NCBI GenBank assembly: GCA_013265495.1
Contig: MU058052.1
Location: 13,706 to 77,705, forward strand
Direction of reading: 5' to 3'
Length of the DNA: 64,000 nucleotides
Source of the DNA: Vicugna vicugna
Taxonomy: Eukaryota
Part shown: piece by piece, positions 12,024 to 25,139 of the stretch
Layout: every line of letters starts with the position of its first letter
Numbering within the stretch: position 1 is the stretch's first letter
The notes under the pieces: model-generated
What the model saw: the letters and a program-made list of their open reading frames with translations, nothing else
Databases searched by the model: none
What the model was told of the DNA's origin: nothing
Translations under genes and position numbers: made by a program

Positions 12024-12913
12024 ATGTCGGAAACGTCATCCCCAGACTCCTACGACTCCCTGTCGGACGTGCAGGTGGATGACCAGGATGCAGCCTTCTT
12101 CCCTGGGCTGTCCGCCTTCCCCAGCCAGGAGGAGATCCACAGGAGCCTCGACCTGGCCCGGAGAGCTATCGCCAACTCTGAGGCCAAAGCCTGCGCCTCG
12201 GAAACGGAGATCCCACAGGTTGTCAGCTGCTCCCTGGGAAGCCTGTGCAGGAAGCAGTCCCATCAGGAGGGTGGATCCGGGGAGCCCACCGCCCCAGGAA
12301 GGCCTCTGGACCCCAGGCCCAGCCGGGGCCAGCCCTCCACCAGCAGAGCGGGCCGCGTCACCTCCCCCAGGCCCACAGAGGAGGGCAGCCGCCTCACCCC
12401 TACTGGCCAGCCCTAGCTACATCCACAGCCTCTGGAGGGCCGGCAAGCACTGGGCCCAGCCTCCCCAACCCCGGCCCCAGCGCCACGCCCAGGGCCCCGC
12501 ACCTGGGCCGGGCCAGGCCGGGCCCCAGAGCCAGCTGCGCGACAAGGCAGCCAGCTTCATCCAGGAGCTGACGTCCATTTTCAGAGAAGCCGCTAGGCCG
12601 AGGAACAGGAGCCCCAACGGGGAGTCATCCCCAGACAGTGAGTACCTGTCTCCTAAAACCCAGCCCGCGGCCCTGGAGAGCACCTCATCCAGCCGGAGCC
12701 CCAAAGGAGACGGGCAGGAGGAGGAGGCGGCCAGGCTCCCGGAGCCCGGGATGCGGTCCAGCTCCGCGGCCGCTCGCCCCCGCCACACCCCAGCGCTCGC
12801 AGCCTCCCTGCAGCTCCAAGGCTCACCCAGAAGCTGCGGAGCCAGGAGGTGGCTGAAGGCAGTCGAGTCTACTTGGAGTGCAGCGTCACAGGACACCCAC
12901 CTCCCTGAGTCAG
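12024..12913 (+). pseudogene. PALLD: PALLD first coding exon (N-terminus of long palladin up to the start of Ig1), disrupted
   Basis: ATG 12024 opens MSETSSPDSYDSLSDVQ...FFPGLSAFPSQEEIHRSLDLARRAIANSE (human MSGTSSHESFYDSLSDMQ...FFPGLSAFLSQEEINKSLDLARRAIADSE). After a frameshift at ~12365 it reads SPLLASPSYIHSL...GPQSQLRDKAASFIQELTSIFREAARPRNRSPNGESSPDSEYLSPK. A second frameshift at ~12800 returns to frame 1: AAPRLTQKLRSQEVAEGSRVYLECSVTGHPPP*VR, with TGA at 12906-12908. Phase-2 donor AG|GTAAGA at 12914, as in the human gene. The 5' UTR part (cagagtgcatgaa) lies just upstream. Confidence 0.93.
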
Positions 12914-12990
12914 GTAAGAACCTTTCACTCTCAAGATCAGATGATTGGCGTCGACTTTTGATTTGACTTGAATGTCAGAGCAGAGATATC

Positions 12991-13450
12991 TGTTAGGGAG
13001 CACAAGTCCCTGTCCAGAGTGCACAGCAGCCAGCACCACGACACCAGCTTTTGAGAAAGGAAAGAGCTTGCTTGCAGGGTCAACCATAAGGGAGATGGGA
13101 GGCATGGCTCCAATCTGTCTCCCAACCCAGGTTTCAGGGCAGAATTTACAGTGTTAGCGGAACATCCAGTCTGGAAGCTGACTTGCTGATCAGTCCACAT
13201 GAGCTCCTGGGGCTGCTGGAAGCCAGGTTTTCCTTGTTGAAGGACTTCTTGCCTCTTAAAGGGCTCCAGTGGCAATGTTCCTGTTCTCAGAGTCCCGCAG
13301 CCACAGAGGCTGGGCTCAGGGTCGTCCCTGAACATGCGCAGGGCTGTCGCTGTAAAATAATTCCAGGTTTGCTCAATCTACCTGTTTGAGGAGGAAAACC
13401 AGCTTGAGCTGGTCAGAGTTCTACCTGCTTTTTCTTTGTGCCTTCCTCAG
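12991..13450 (-). mobile_element. ERV 3' LTR
   Basis: On the minus strand it ends ...ctccctaaCA (plus tgttaggg at 12991). It is preceded by an env-terminus-like cagcaggaagcagcc (QQEAA, ~13478-13492) and a purine-rich stretch, and is homologous to 17490-17680. U3 start is uncertain (13415-13450). Confidence 0.7.
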
Positions 13451-16400
13451 TCCTGAGGAAGCAGGGCACCCACAGCTGGCTGCTTCCTGCTGATCAGGAG
13501 CAAGGATTTTTATAAGAGGAATGAAATTGTTTTGCATGTATTTGCAGATATTCACGAGTCCCACCTTGAACTCTGAAGTCTCAGGCAATCATCAAGTGAG
13601 TGGAGGAGGCCTTTTTAAATATATGGGACAGACATTAAGCATGAAATGTGATGGGTGAGAGGGTTAAGCCTAAGATGCACAGAACAGTGCCTCCTAATTT
13701 TAACAGTCCTTCAAAAACAGACCTTATTCCTTTGGGAATCCTTGAAAGCATGTCATTTTTAACCTTTCAGTGATTGAATTTGGATTTATGTGGGTCTGGT
13801 TTGGACTCCTGGGTGGCAGAAATCTGCTCCGAGATGTCCCCGCCGTCTCGTCCTGGCCAGGTGGAATGTCCCTGGGAGTGGTGTCCCCAGGATATGACCC
13901 CTTCTACCTTTACTGCAGAGTGTGTAACTGGAAGGAATTCATGGGGCCTGCTCCACATTGGGTGCATTGGTCCTCGGGGTGTTGTTTTTCCACATTGGAG
14001 GAGGACCCGGTCCCCGGGCTTCCACGGTGCAGGGGACATCGGTGGGAAACAGTAGTGGACTACAAGGCTATTTATGTACAGCAGGTAAGTAACACCCAGG
14101 TGCGGTACAGCCTCAGGCTCAGGGAAAGCCGTCCCACGTGACATCTCAGAAGGGCTTAACTGGAGCTTGCTTCGGGGGCCACTCTGACCCTCAGCAGGGC
14201 AGCTGGTAAGACCTTATTCCAAGTTATGCTGGTTTCTTGGCATATTTTGGAGACTGTCTTTCTAAGGTTTGACTCATTTCCGTCTCTCCCGGAGGCTGAG
14301 GTCTCTGGGCAGCATGAACTTCTGTCATATCCCCAGGGCCCCCGACATCGCCTTAGTCCACTCGGCTATGAAAGTCACTAGGTTGCCACTTAGAATTGAG
14401 AGAGGCAGCCCAGCTCGCGGGGAGATGTCTAGTAAGGCCTTTGTTCCCGGGGGGCCTCCTCCCGGAAAAGCTTCGCCCCATCCTGTGAAGGTGACCACGA
14501 GCACCAGCCAACGTCTGCAGAGTCCCACAGCTCTGGGCCCACAGTCAAGTCTGTTTACCCACCATCCCCTGGCTCTGTACCTCAGGTCTGCACCCCTTTT
14601 GTGGCTGGAGGTGGCCCAGCCTTAGGGTTGTCTTTGGCTCAGACCAGGCAACTTTGTCTTCCCTTCCCAGTGGTCCCGTGCCTTTGTGAACTGGCAGCAA
14701 AACGTGTGTAACGGGTGGTAGGCTGCATCCCCCCATAACAGGCCCCTCAGTGGAGGTGAGTGACAGCTCCTCCCAGCCCACGCTCCCCGACCCTCAGCCG
14801 TCCAGCCTCGTGGCCGCTGAGCGCTGATCACCACCTGAGTCTCGAGCATCAGCATGAACCTCCATCTGTCTGCTCTTGAGATCCATGTTCAAATCCGAGG
14901 CAGAAACAAGGACGGCAGGTCCACACTCGAAATGAGCGCTAGGGTCTTCTGTTCTGGCCGCCCTTTTTGCCACCTGACAGCCAAGTTACGTCCTTTACTT
15001 ACGAAACTCTCAGTCTGGGTGGCTGGGCAGCATGCTAGGGTCCTTCTCCCACACCATGACTGTCTGATAAGCCAGCATCTCCTCTGACCGCTTAATTCTT
15101 TTCTTCCTGACGTCAGTAGACCTCTCTCTTTCCACGTGGCCCGTGTGCACCTGTGACAGACAAGGGAAACTTGGAGTCAGTGTCGGTGGTTCCTTTCCCT
15201 CAGCTCCAAGGTGCAGGGCTCTGGGAGGGCTGTGAGCCCGGCCCTCTGGGCAGGCGCCCCTGGAGGAGGGCGTCTGCTTCTCAGACCCCCGGATGAGTAA
15301 CTCCTGCACGGCCCGGTCCAGGAAGCTGCTTCCACCCACGGACATTCTCACATCCGGGTTTCCTGAAGTCTGATCAGTCAGGTCGGGTCCTCTTCAGTTA
15401 CTTGGATACAGTCGTGAACAGGGTCTTCTGTCGTGCTGGGGGGCAAGGTGGCTCGGTTTAGAGGGGACGCCGCCTTCAGTGTTGAATCCAGATTGTCAAC
15501 TAGTGAGGATTTGCCCAGCACCACCCCCACCCCCATCAGCCAATATCCGCCCTTTCGTTCCAGGAAAGGTTGCACACAAACTGCGGTGAGCGCCGTGTAG
15601 GTGGCCCAGGGTCCATTTTTCAGCATTTTCTAAAAGGCCACAGGTTGTGCCACAGCCCAGAGCAAACTGACCTTCCTTGGGTTACACGTCCAGTTGTTTG
15701 GAAGAGTAACCTACTGGTCTTCTGGAGGAACCTAAATTCTGAGTTAGCCTCCAAGACTCACGCCCTGTCTTTCATGCACAAAATGTCTGGGAGACCAAGC
15801 GCTGGGCTGTTGTAAGTTCCTCCCTGATGGTGTGGAAGGCCTTACAGCATCCCGGAGTCCAGCTTGGTGGCTCACTGGTTTTCCCTTAGAGAGCCTCATT
15901 TAGGGGTTTGGCTATGAGTCCAAAGTCAGGACTCCAAATGGGACAAAACCCAGCTGTTCCTAAGAATCCTCTTCATTCCCTCTGGCGGGGTGTGTGGCCA
16001 CCCTCACTAGTGCTTCCCTTCGGTCCTGCAGGAAGTGTCTTTGCCCTTTGATAACTCGAATCCTAAATTCCTCCAGCTGGTTGAGGAATCCGTGCTTTCC
16101 CCTTGGAGACTCGCTGTGACTGCAGTTTGGTCTCGAGCTTCCTCGGTCCTGCACTCAGTGTGTGTCACCCACAGCCTGGAGGAAGTGAGACACCCTCAGT
16201 CCTTGCCTAGGGCTTCCCTGAAGGTGGAGGGGGGCGTACTCAAATCCTCTGGGGGTCCCAGCCAGCAATATGGTTGTTTCACGTCAGTCTCAGGACCATC
16301 CCCCACCAAGGGAACCTAGGGGCTCAGAACTTAGGGGCACACAGGAAAAGGCATCTTTTAAGCCCAGAATTTTAAGCCAGCCCTAGTCTCCAGGCAAAGC

Positions 16401-17490
16401 TGTAAGCAAAGTAGGATTTGGCACCACCGGGTGTGTATCCTTTACAGTTTGGCTAACAGCCCTCAGATCCTGTATAGAGCAGTCGTCTCTGGTCTTGGGT
16501 TTTTGTACTGACGGGATGGAGTGTTACATATGGGCTGAGGAGGCTGGGGTAACTGGCATTCAAGAAGGTGGCTGTGGGCTTTATACCTGCCTTCAGATGC
16601 CTCGTTAGTGGCTACTGCTTTAAATTGGAGCCCGGCCCCTGGACGGAGTTTCACTGCCATTGGGCCAGCCATCTGGGCTCTCCCAGGCCTCCTATCAGCC
16701 CAAACGTCCACCCTCATTTTGCAGAATGTCTTCAGGGGCTTCTGGGTGGGGCCGAGGCCCCCGTGGGCATGCTGTAGCTTGGAGGGCAGACGCTTGGTCT
16801 GGGAGGGCATTTCATTCTGCTAGAGGGTCTCGCCCTCACGCGGGGGCTGGAGCATTTAGGCACATCCCCCCAGGGCATTTGGATCGGGATCGGGGTGCTG
16901 CCTGTAAGCCTCAGGAACCCTCCCCAGGAGGGTGGATGAGTTCTCCCAGGCCGTACTGCCCTTTCTGGGTATTATGCAAGCTCTTTGGTTTGGGGCCCCC
17001 TTTTGAAGCCTTTCAGCCCAGCTCCACCCCCAGGTCACCAGGCCCCCTCAAGGCTCAGCTTCAGGGAGGCCCTAGTTCTGATGGGATGATTTGATCATGA
17101 TTTCGGCTGCCAGGCAGCCTTCTCTGATGCCATCCTGTGTTCCTCCTGACAGGGGTATTCATGGGGCCCAAATGCCAGCCAGTCAGGAGGACAAGAGGGA
17201 AAACGCATGTAAAGAGATTCTCCATTTTCTTAGATTATCTCTGCAATAACACAGACCCACTGCTGACCCAGGGGGATGCACGTCCACACCCCCTCTTTGG
17301 CCTGGACCTGCCTTTACAGAAATGCCCCACTGTGGGCAGTATCCCTGGGCTACACTGAATGCCTGGTGGTGCGGGGAGGGGAGAGCATTGCTCTGGGACC
17401 ATTTGGTGAGGGGGCGACGGAGCCGGGCCAGCGGCCAAGGAGGGCTGCTGGGACCCAGGGCACTGCCTACAGGAAGGCGCCCCATACTTG
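13450..17490 (-). mobile_element. Degenerate class I (gamma-like) ERV internal region: gag C-terminus, pol (RT, RNase H, IN); env mostly absent
   Basis: Minus-strand remnants in retroviral order: gag LGPSSPPWPLARLRRPLTKW (~17400-17460, MHR-like) and QC...GHFCK (~17320-17360, zinc-knuckle-like); RT ILGLKDAFSCVPL (~16332-16370); HDCIQVTEE (~15400); RNase H VGGSSF (~15330); IN WLVLVVTFTGWGEAFP...ISPRAGLPLSI (14325-14528); IN C-terminus PWKPGDRVLL...WSRPHEFLPVTHSAVKVEGVISWGHHSQ (13860-14030). Many stops and frameshifts. Confidence 0.9.
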
Positions 17491-17680
17491 CTCCAGTGAT
17501 GACATTTCTACCCTCAGAGTCCTGCAAGGCTGCGGAGGCTGGGCTCAGGGTCGTCCTGTCCTGCATGTGCGCAGTGCTGTCACTGCAAGATAACTCCAGG
17601 TTTGCTCAATCCACCTGTTTAAGGAGAAGTGGTTTAAGCCTGTCAGCGGTTAACATGCTGTTTCCTTTCCTGTACAATTA
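17490..17680 (-). mobile_element. Truncated ERV 5' LTR (U3 portion)
   Basis: ctcagagtcc...gaggctgggctcagggtcgtcc...ccaggtttgctcaatccacctgttt is a diverged direct repeat of 13270-13440. Confidence 0.75.
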
Positions 17681-18364
17681 GCTCTCGGGAGCCTGAGCTG
17701 GTGTCTCCAAGGACCTGCGGGCAAAGGCCTCCCAGGATCCCAGGTCCCAGCTGGGCCCGCTGTCCCCCACAGCGAATCTGCTGTCCTGACCCAGGGCAGC
17801 TGACGGGGGTGGGGGGGGACAGACAGGACCAGGTGGGCATACGGGAGCACCAGCCTGGTGCTATATATAGAGGACCCCAGGCTGGAGCAGACAGGGAAAC
17901 TCAGGGTGCACACCCAGTGGACTCAAGTCCTGTGAAGACTGTGTGCATAATTTGAAGACGGGGTGCTGAAGGTGGTGGTAAGCGTGGCTAAAACCCAAAG
18001 GTGTCTGACAGCACAGAGATGAGAGGCAGGGCTGGGTGTGCGGGGCCTCTGGATGAGCCCGATGGGTGTCTGTCTGAGGCGCAGGCTCACTCAAGGTGAG
18101 TGCACCGCCCCCTTCATGTGCTGGAACTTTCTCCCCAAGACAGAGAGACCAAGCTGAGCGTGGACAGGCCCGTGGTCCCCAGGCCAGCAGAGCCAGGAGT
18201 GTGCAGTTAGCAGGGATCACTACGCGCTGATACCACTGCAGCCACGGTCAGGTCTATGCATTGTTCCCCTGTCACCGCAGGGCTTGTGCCTGCTGTGCAG
18301 AGAGGTTAAGAGGGGGAGGGGGTCAGGCTGCAGGGTTTCCCGTCATGGCTCCATCTGTCACCAA

Positions 18365-18510
18365 ACGTGGCCTGAGACAGTGACTCAGTTTCTTCATCTG
18401 TGAAATGGGGATTATAACAGCACTATACCTACCCCACTCCAGCTCACGTCTAAGTAAAATCATATGTGGAAGTGAGAAAACAGTGCCTTGCCACTGGTGA
18501 CCGCTGCTCT
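18365..18510 (+). mobile_element. MIR SINE fragment
   Basis: ctcagtttcttcatctgtgaaatggggattataacagcac is the MIR core. Confidence 0.7.
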
Positions 18511-21500
18511 ATTACCTACGACCGTTATTACTCCTCATTTCTTCATGTCATACAGCAAAACAAAAATAACATCTCAAGTCGGGATTACACTGCGAAAAAT
18601 AAGCCATTCATTCATTTTGTTAGAAGTCCGTGCTTTTATTAATGAGGAGTGTTTTACCTAAATTACGGAAATATAAAAAAGTCAATTCAAAATTATGAAA
18701 TTCAGCAAGAGGGTGAAACAGACAGCCTGGGCGAAGTGTTGCCAGTACTTCCTTGTGAATGTGTCATCTTACAGATCACACACAGTGCCCCACACCCTCC
18801 AGCCACTGACACACACTTTGCTGGAGTTGCTTCCTGGGGCTGACAAACCACGGCTCACAAACATGAAGTGAGCATCAGCATCAATGGCTGGAAAGCAGTG
18901 GAAATAGAGGCAGAAAATTCTCTTTTTTCAAACCAGTCTGTTCAACTGATTCATCTTGAGTCAGTTGTTACAACAAATTGACCATGTTTCTTTTAGAACC
19001 TGACAGCAGGGAGCAGTGAAAAACTTCCTAATGAGTTCATTTAAATACATCATCTCTGCATTTATGGATCTTTTCCATAAAGAATTTTTCTCATCATTTT
19101 GCCTGGGATAGAAGTGAAATAGAGTATTTCTTTTGGATTCTATTTAGATTTTTTTTTAACCCACTAGTCTTGGGAACAAATAGTTCTTCATTTGAAATAC
19201 ATCCACATGTCACTCAAAAGGAGTTCCGCAGGTTCTCAACTGAAAAGTGTCCCCCACATTTACTGCAAAATAGGCCCCTCCCAGATGTGGTCTGTGCACA
19301 CACCCCCCCTCAAACTACAAAAGTGGTCCATCTAACATCAAAGAGTTAATTCAGGTGAGCGGACCGTAACTTCTGTGTTGGAGTTCGAGTAACCATCTCC
19401 TAATTTGGGGGCCGTCAAGTTCATGTTCTGCTTCTTTTTTTTCCCACTGTGGGAGAGGGCACTAACTTAGTTAGTAGCTACAGAACTATTAGCTAGTTTT
19501 CTCTTGTCATCTGCATTCCACCAAAGCCACGAGCAGTGTACCCTTGTCACAGCAAATCGTGCCCTTCTGGAATAATTCAGTTTCTGATGAGAATGCACCA
19601 TTGTTTAAAGTTAGCTGGTCATGTTTGCAAACCCTGAGGGGTTTCTTAGGGGAAAAGTTTAATGTACGGTGAGTTTTCTTGATTTCTGTTCCCAAGATCT
19701 CAGTCCCTGTGCCCCGCATTTGTAAATGCACCAATTGCCTAAGAACGCCGTGCTCAGCTCCCACATGAGACATAGGAGAACGGAAAAAGGAAATCTTCTC
19801 TGCAGGGAACTTTGTACAAGGGAGAAACCCTTTAATGAAGAGTTCCCTGCTCCAGGCATTCCAGAGCCTGGCTGCCCCGAGTCAGTCTTGGGGGCTCAGA
19901 ACCAGGAGCTGGGGCGGGACTGGTGGAGAGCAGCGTTATGAGGGGCCTGGGACAAGCACCAGCAGAGGGGACACACCCTGCTGGGAAGCGAGCAGCTGGG
20001 CTGAGGCAGGAGGTAAGGAGGTGCGGGGACAGCCAGGTGCACGTAAAGGACTGCGCCCTAGGAAAGCAAGCAACAGGTACCAGGGTCCAGACGCAGGGAC
20101 CAGCACTCGGGGAGCAAGTCTACCTTCCTGATGTGAGTTACAGAAACAGAGACCCAGATGGGACTGAGTAAGGTGCGCGTTCGGGATGGACTCCAGTGGG
20201 GTCCAGACAGGGACGCGAGTGACCAGACAGAGACATGGGCTTGGAAGCTGGGGACCTGGAGCTTCACATATGGCCCAGGTAGAACTATGTGGCTGGGAAC
20301 CAGGGCATGAGGGAGACTCACGGAGGCAGACGAAGGGAGGGCTGATGGAGACATTCCGAGGCGTTTCTGCTCTGCGCGCCATCACCTCACCCCATGAGTG
20401 TAGCAGGCACAGATACCAGGTACAACCGCCGGCAGGACTAAACAAATCCTGTTTTCCTTCTCACATGCTTCCAACAAAACCCCAGCCAAGGAGAGGCAAG
20501 CAGACGGAACCAAAGCCTCTGGACAATAACTGAAGTTACATACAATTCAGATGCAATGCAAGTCACATGCATGTTATTTGTTAATAATTTGAATTATTAA
20601 TCAAATCAAATCTGATGTTCCTTGCTTCCCCTACTCTACTTGACAACAGTATAAAGACATGTTCCCTCCCCTGCTCACCTTCCCTCTTCCCTCGACTCTC
20701 TATTTTCATGAGTTAGCAAAAAATTCGTGCGGAATTTTAGTTCAGAAGTATCTCTAGTATTACCAAAATGAGGCCTTAAAGGTTCACTTCCTGCTTTGAG
20801 TCTCCAATTATGGCAACCATAGATTTTTAAACCATTTGAATATAAGGAAACTAAGAGAACTAGGAAATCATTTCATTGTAACAGAAAAGTAATTCATTGG
20901 TTGTAGAGACGGGAGCAGAGCTCAGATCCCTGGTTCCGGGCACACACCACGAGGGCTCGTGGGATAGTCTGGCCTCTCTCCCTGCTGTTTGCTTGTTGTG
21001 GGGGGGTTTCTCACAGTTCCAGACAAGGGGAACCAGTGCCTCAAAAGTCCTCTGCTTTGGAATTCATACTCCAAGTATCCTTAAAGAAAATGGTGTCCTG
21101 ACAATTTCCGCAATGTTTTTCCACATTAAAAAACATTGCCGTTCCTGGGTTTTTTGGCGTTGGTTTTTTGTTTGTTTTTTTTTTTTGCAGTAAGTTAATG
21201 CTGCCAATTAAGTCAGCCAGCATAAATCAGGAAATCTTTAAAGATGGGGGAGGCGGAGATTCTTTGTCAAATAACCACAAACAAAGCCAATTATTCCCAG
21301 TTTGTGAGCAGCAGTCCAAACCATCCTCACATTCAAAGTACATTGCGGGGCAATTGTGTGCATTCTACAGAGGGAAAAAAAAACTTTTAAACACCCACTT
21401 ACTGCAGTGAAAGTGGAATCCAGCAATAGTCCAGGCAGATTTAATCTTCTAGTACCTTTACTCATACGTGGTCGTAATCGTAAGAGGCCTATGGGTCATG

Positions 21501-22919
21501 ACTGTTAGCCCAAAGTTTCAATTAATATCTGTAATTAAAAGTACTTAAATTCTGTCTTTTTATAATAAAACCCCAGCACCTGCAATGCCTCCAATTAGTT
21601 TACAGTAACGAGACTCTGATCGTCATCAAAAGCCAAAGCAAGAGGACCGACCACACCAAGCCCACGCAGCACCATCTGTGGACACGTCCGTCTCCTTGAG
21701 AGGAGCCGCCGGCTCGCTCTCCTCACAAAGCGGATCAGAGTGCGATGCATCCCATTTTTTGGAAGCTTTGGTTCAGGACATTGTGGCAAGTAGGCCTGGC
21801 CCAGGGGTCCTGCTTCTGTGGAAGACCATTGTCTGCAGGGAGACACCAGGCTGCACCCTGGGATGAACACAAGTGATGTGGCTGCACCACGCAGTGTGGC
21901 CGGGAGCCAGCAACCCGGGGACAGTGCTGTGACCACAGTGAGTGAAGGCTGTGCGTCCCCTGACTTGGTGGAATCCCCAGCTGTCTCCTGGCGTCTCTGC
22001 GTGGACACCTAGCCGGTGTAACCGATGTGATGCGTCCACAGCTGAAGTCCTGCCTCTCCTGTCCTCTCTCCCTAACTCTCCCCTCGCCAACACGTGATGG
22101 TCCCCCTCCTTCCCCTGTCCAAGGACAGAACCTTCCCCACACTCTTGTCACCCAGTCTGCCCAGTGAAGCCGGCGGGCACTGCCTTCCACACCAAGTCCA
22201 ACCACCTCCACTGGGGATGCTCTGCTCCAAGCCGCCACCATCTCCTCTGGCGTGCCTGCACCCTCTTCCTCGCTGTCGCCTGTGTCCACCTCTGCCTGTC
22301 ACAGTCTGCCCGGTACCTGGAACGACTCTTTTTACTGAAGTCATGTTCACCCCACAGCACAGAGCTGCCCGGTCCCTCGTGGTCTCACTCAGCAGAACCT
22401 CAGTCCTTATAAATGGTGATAAGACCCCCTCCTACTGACACCACCCCTGCTCCTCAGCCCTGCCTCATCCACTTCAGCCTCGGTGCAGCCCCTGCACTGG
22501 CCACTGTTCCCCCAGACACAAGCAGGGCTGGACCCTCCACCTCTCTCCCGAACGTCCCCTGCAGAGTCGGTCTTCAGTAACTACCCGGAGAAAGACCAGG
22601 AGCCCACCCCGTCTCCTCCACGCTCTGACTCGCTCTCCATTTCACTTGTTGCATTTGTTTCATTGTCTCCCTCAGTTACAAGGAAGCCCCTCGAGCACAG
22701 GGACGTCCATCTGATTCTTGCAGTTGTGTCCCCTGAGAGTGATGCCTGGCACGTAACAGGTGCTCAGGGGCACGCACGGAACAAACGAGCGAGCGAGCCC
22801 TGCTCCCAGGAGGGCTCCCTGGAGGAGGGGCGTGTGGGCAGGGGTGTGTGGATAAGCATGTTCATTGCAGTGTTGTTTCAGAAAGCTAGAAAGGACCTAA
22901 AACAGTCTCTGTGAGACGG

Positions 22920-23016
22920 TGATTCTATTTCTTTCGGGGAACTTTCAGGGGCGGGGTTGCTGGATCGTATAGTGGTTCTATTTTTCATTTCTTGTGGAAC
23001 CTCCACAGTTTTTCAC
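22920..23016 (-). mobile_element. Short L1 ORF2 fragment
   Basis: gattctatttctttcggg...ttgctggatcgtatagtggttctatttttcatttcttgtggaacctccacagtttt. Confidence 0.6.
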
Positions 23017-23554
23017 GGGCCAGCGAATGTGATCCGGAAGGAGGGCCCTGAGGGCCTCAGCTGTGCTGGCAGCTTCACATCGCAGGGTGGGGAGCAGACA
23101 TACGGGTGGAAATTATCTTTGCTTACTGAACAATGCGGACTTTCTGTTTCACTCTGCGGCTCCAGTTGGGTCTTTGGTACTTTGAGCAGCAGTGTTTCTA
23201 ATGAATCGCGTGACTCACCCATAAACACCATCCAGAAATCCTCCTGGTGCTAAGCGGTGAGAATTAAAGAGGTTGGCGCTTATCCATTTGCCTTCGTGAG
23301 TTAGAAGTTAATTCATCTTCTGGGTTGTTTTAATTACGTTTCAGAGCTTTTAAAAGTGTTCTTATTTTGAACTCCTGGTGTACTTCATAGAATACTGTAT
23401 GCATTTGGTCTTGGGCCGAATATCTTTGGCGGCATAATCTACCAGGTTTAGTAGCTGTCCAGGGTACACCAACGTGTATATGAGCCTCTCATTCTTAAGA
23501 AAAAAAACTCTATATTTAGACACATACGCAAATACACACACATACACGGTACCA

Positions 23555-24014
23555 TTTTAATTTTTCACTGAAGTACAGTCAGTTCCAATGTGTCCATTTC
23601 TGGTGTACAGCACAATGTCCCAGGCATGCATATACAGACATATACCCGTTTTCATTAAAGGTTATTACAAGATATTGAATAGTTCCCTGTGCTATAGAGA
23701 AGAAACTTTTGTTTTTAATCTGTTTTTATATATAGTGGCTAACATTTGCAAATCTCAAACTCCCAAATTTACCCCTTCCCATCCCCTTTCCCCTGTAACC
23801 ATAAGATTGTTTACTATGTCTGTGAGTCTGTTTCTATTTTGTTGATGAGTTCATTAGTGTTCTGTTTTTCTGGGGTTTTCTTAGGTTCCGCATATGAGTG
23901 CCATCATATGGCATTTTTCTTTCTCTTTCTGGCTGACTTCACTCAGAATGATGATCTCCAGTTCCATGCATGTTGCTGCAAATGACATTATTTTCTTCTT
24001 TTTTTTATGGCTGA
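23555..24014 (-). mobile_element. L1 3'-end fragment
   Basis: tgaagtacagtcagttccaatgtgtcc...cagcacaatgtccc...atggctgag; GGTACC flanks both ends (possible TSD remnant). Confidence 0.9.
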
Positions 24015-25139
24015 GAGGGTACCTCTCTGAAGATCAATGAGAGTTACACATCACCATCTCACCAAGCCAACTGCCTCCCCTCACGTCATCATATTTGGGT
24101 GACAGGAGCAAGGAAAGGGGGGCAGAATCCTAGGGAAATGGTACCACTTAATTTTAAAGTTTCCTATTTTCTCATTCTTTTATCATTTTCTTTAATTCAT
24201 TTAAATTTTCTTCTTTCTCTGTACATATGCCCTGAATTGGAAAACTAAGTCTTTCATATTTGACAGAGGACAGTAAGTGTCCCCTTGGACATGAAATTTC
24301 CTTTGAACCAGAAACCAAAAGAGATGGAGCCACAGGGTGTCACCTTCACTTTCACTGAAATGAAAGTACAGCCGTGTGTCCGATTCTGCCTCAAGGATGC
24401 TTCCTGTGAGTTGACGAGTTAACAGGGTGTGGCCTCTCCGGCTGTCCACCCTCCTACCCCTCATGTTGTTTCTCAACCCCTGTTTCCCCGGTATCTGCCC
24501 CCTTGTAATTCTCACTTGAAAAATTAGGCACATCTCTACAGCACTTCCCAAGACCGTCAGTAGTGATGCTTCCATAGGTGAGTGCATGCGGTGGGACCAG
24601 AATCAATCCTGGAACCCAGAAAACACTGCCCCTGTTCTGTGGAGTTGTCATTGCATGGTTTGAATGTGACAGAGTGACAGGAACTTCCTGTCACCTCTTC
24701 CTGGCCAACCGGTGACCCACAATGCTGCAACAGACCCACTCCACTGCCCTGATGACCCTGCACACACAGACACCTCAAAAAACCAAGAAGCACACTTGAT
24801 ATTCAAGGCAAGTGCGGGCATCACTAGCCAGAAGTGTGACGTGATTCTAAGTCATGGGGACCCGGATGTGAAGCAGCAGCAGCCAAACTGGACAGTAGCA
24901 TCTGTTCTAAAGGTTCGATGCCGTCATATCGGTGCCCAACTCAACGGGCAAGGAGAGCAACCGGGAAACAGACACCAACATAAATTCCCTGAGAAATAAA
25001 CGTAGTCACACAGCATCACTTTAGAATTAAAAGGATGCTGATGCATTTTATGTATGTAGGCATATCGCTCGTGGGACAGATGACGGAAGTGCTCAGCGGC
25101 TGACGAGGCAGATTCTGGAGCAAGAGAATGGGTCTGGGG

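Noticed and set aside
12004..12966. 320-aa ORF as an intact gene
   Set aside because: Only its middle part (~12370-12800) is in the palladin frame. It results from two frameshifts and runs through the splice donor.
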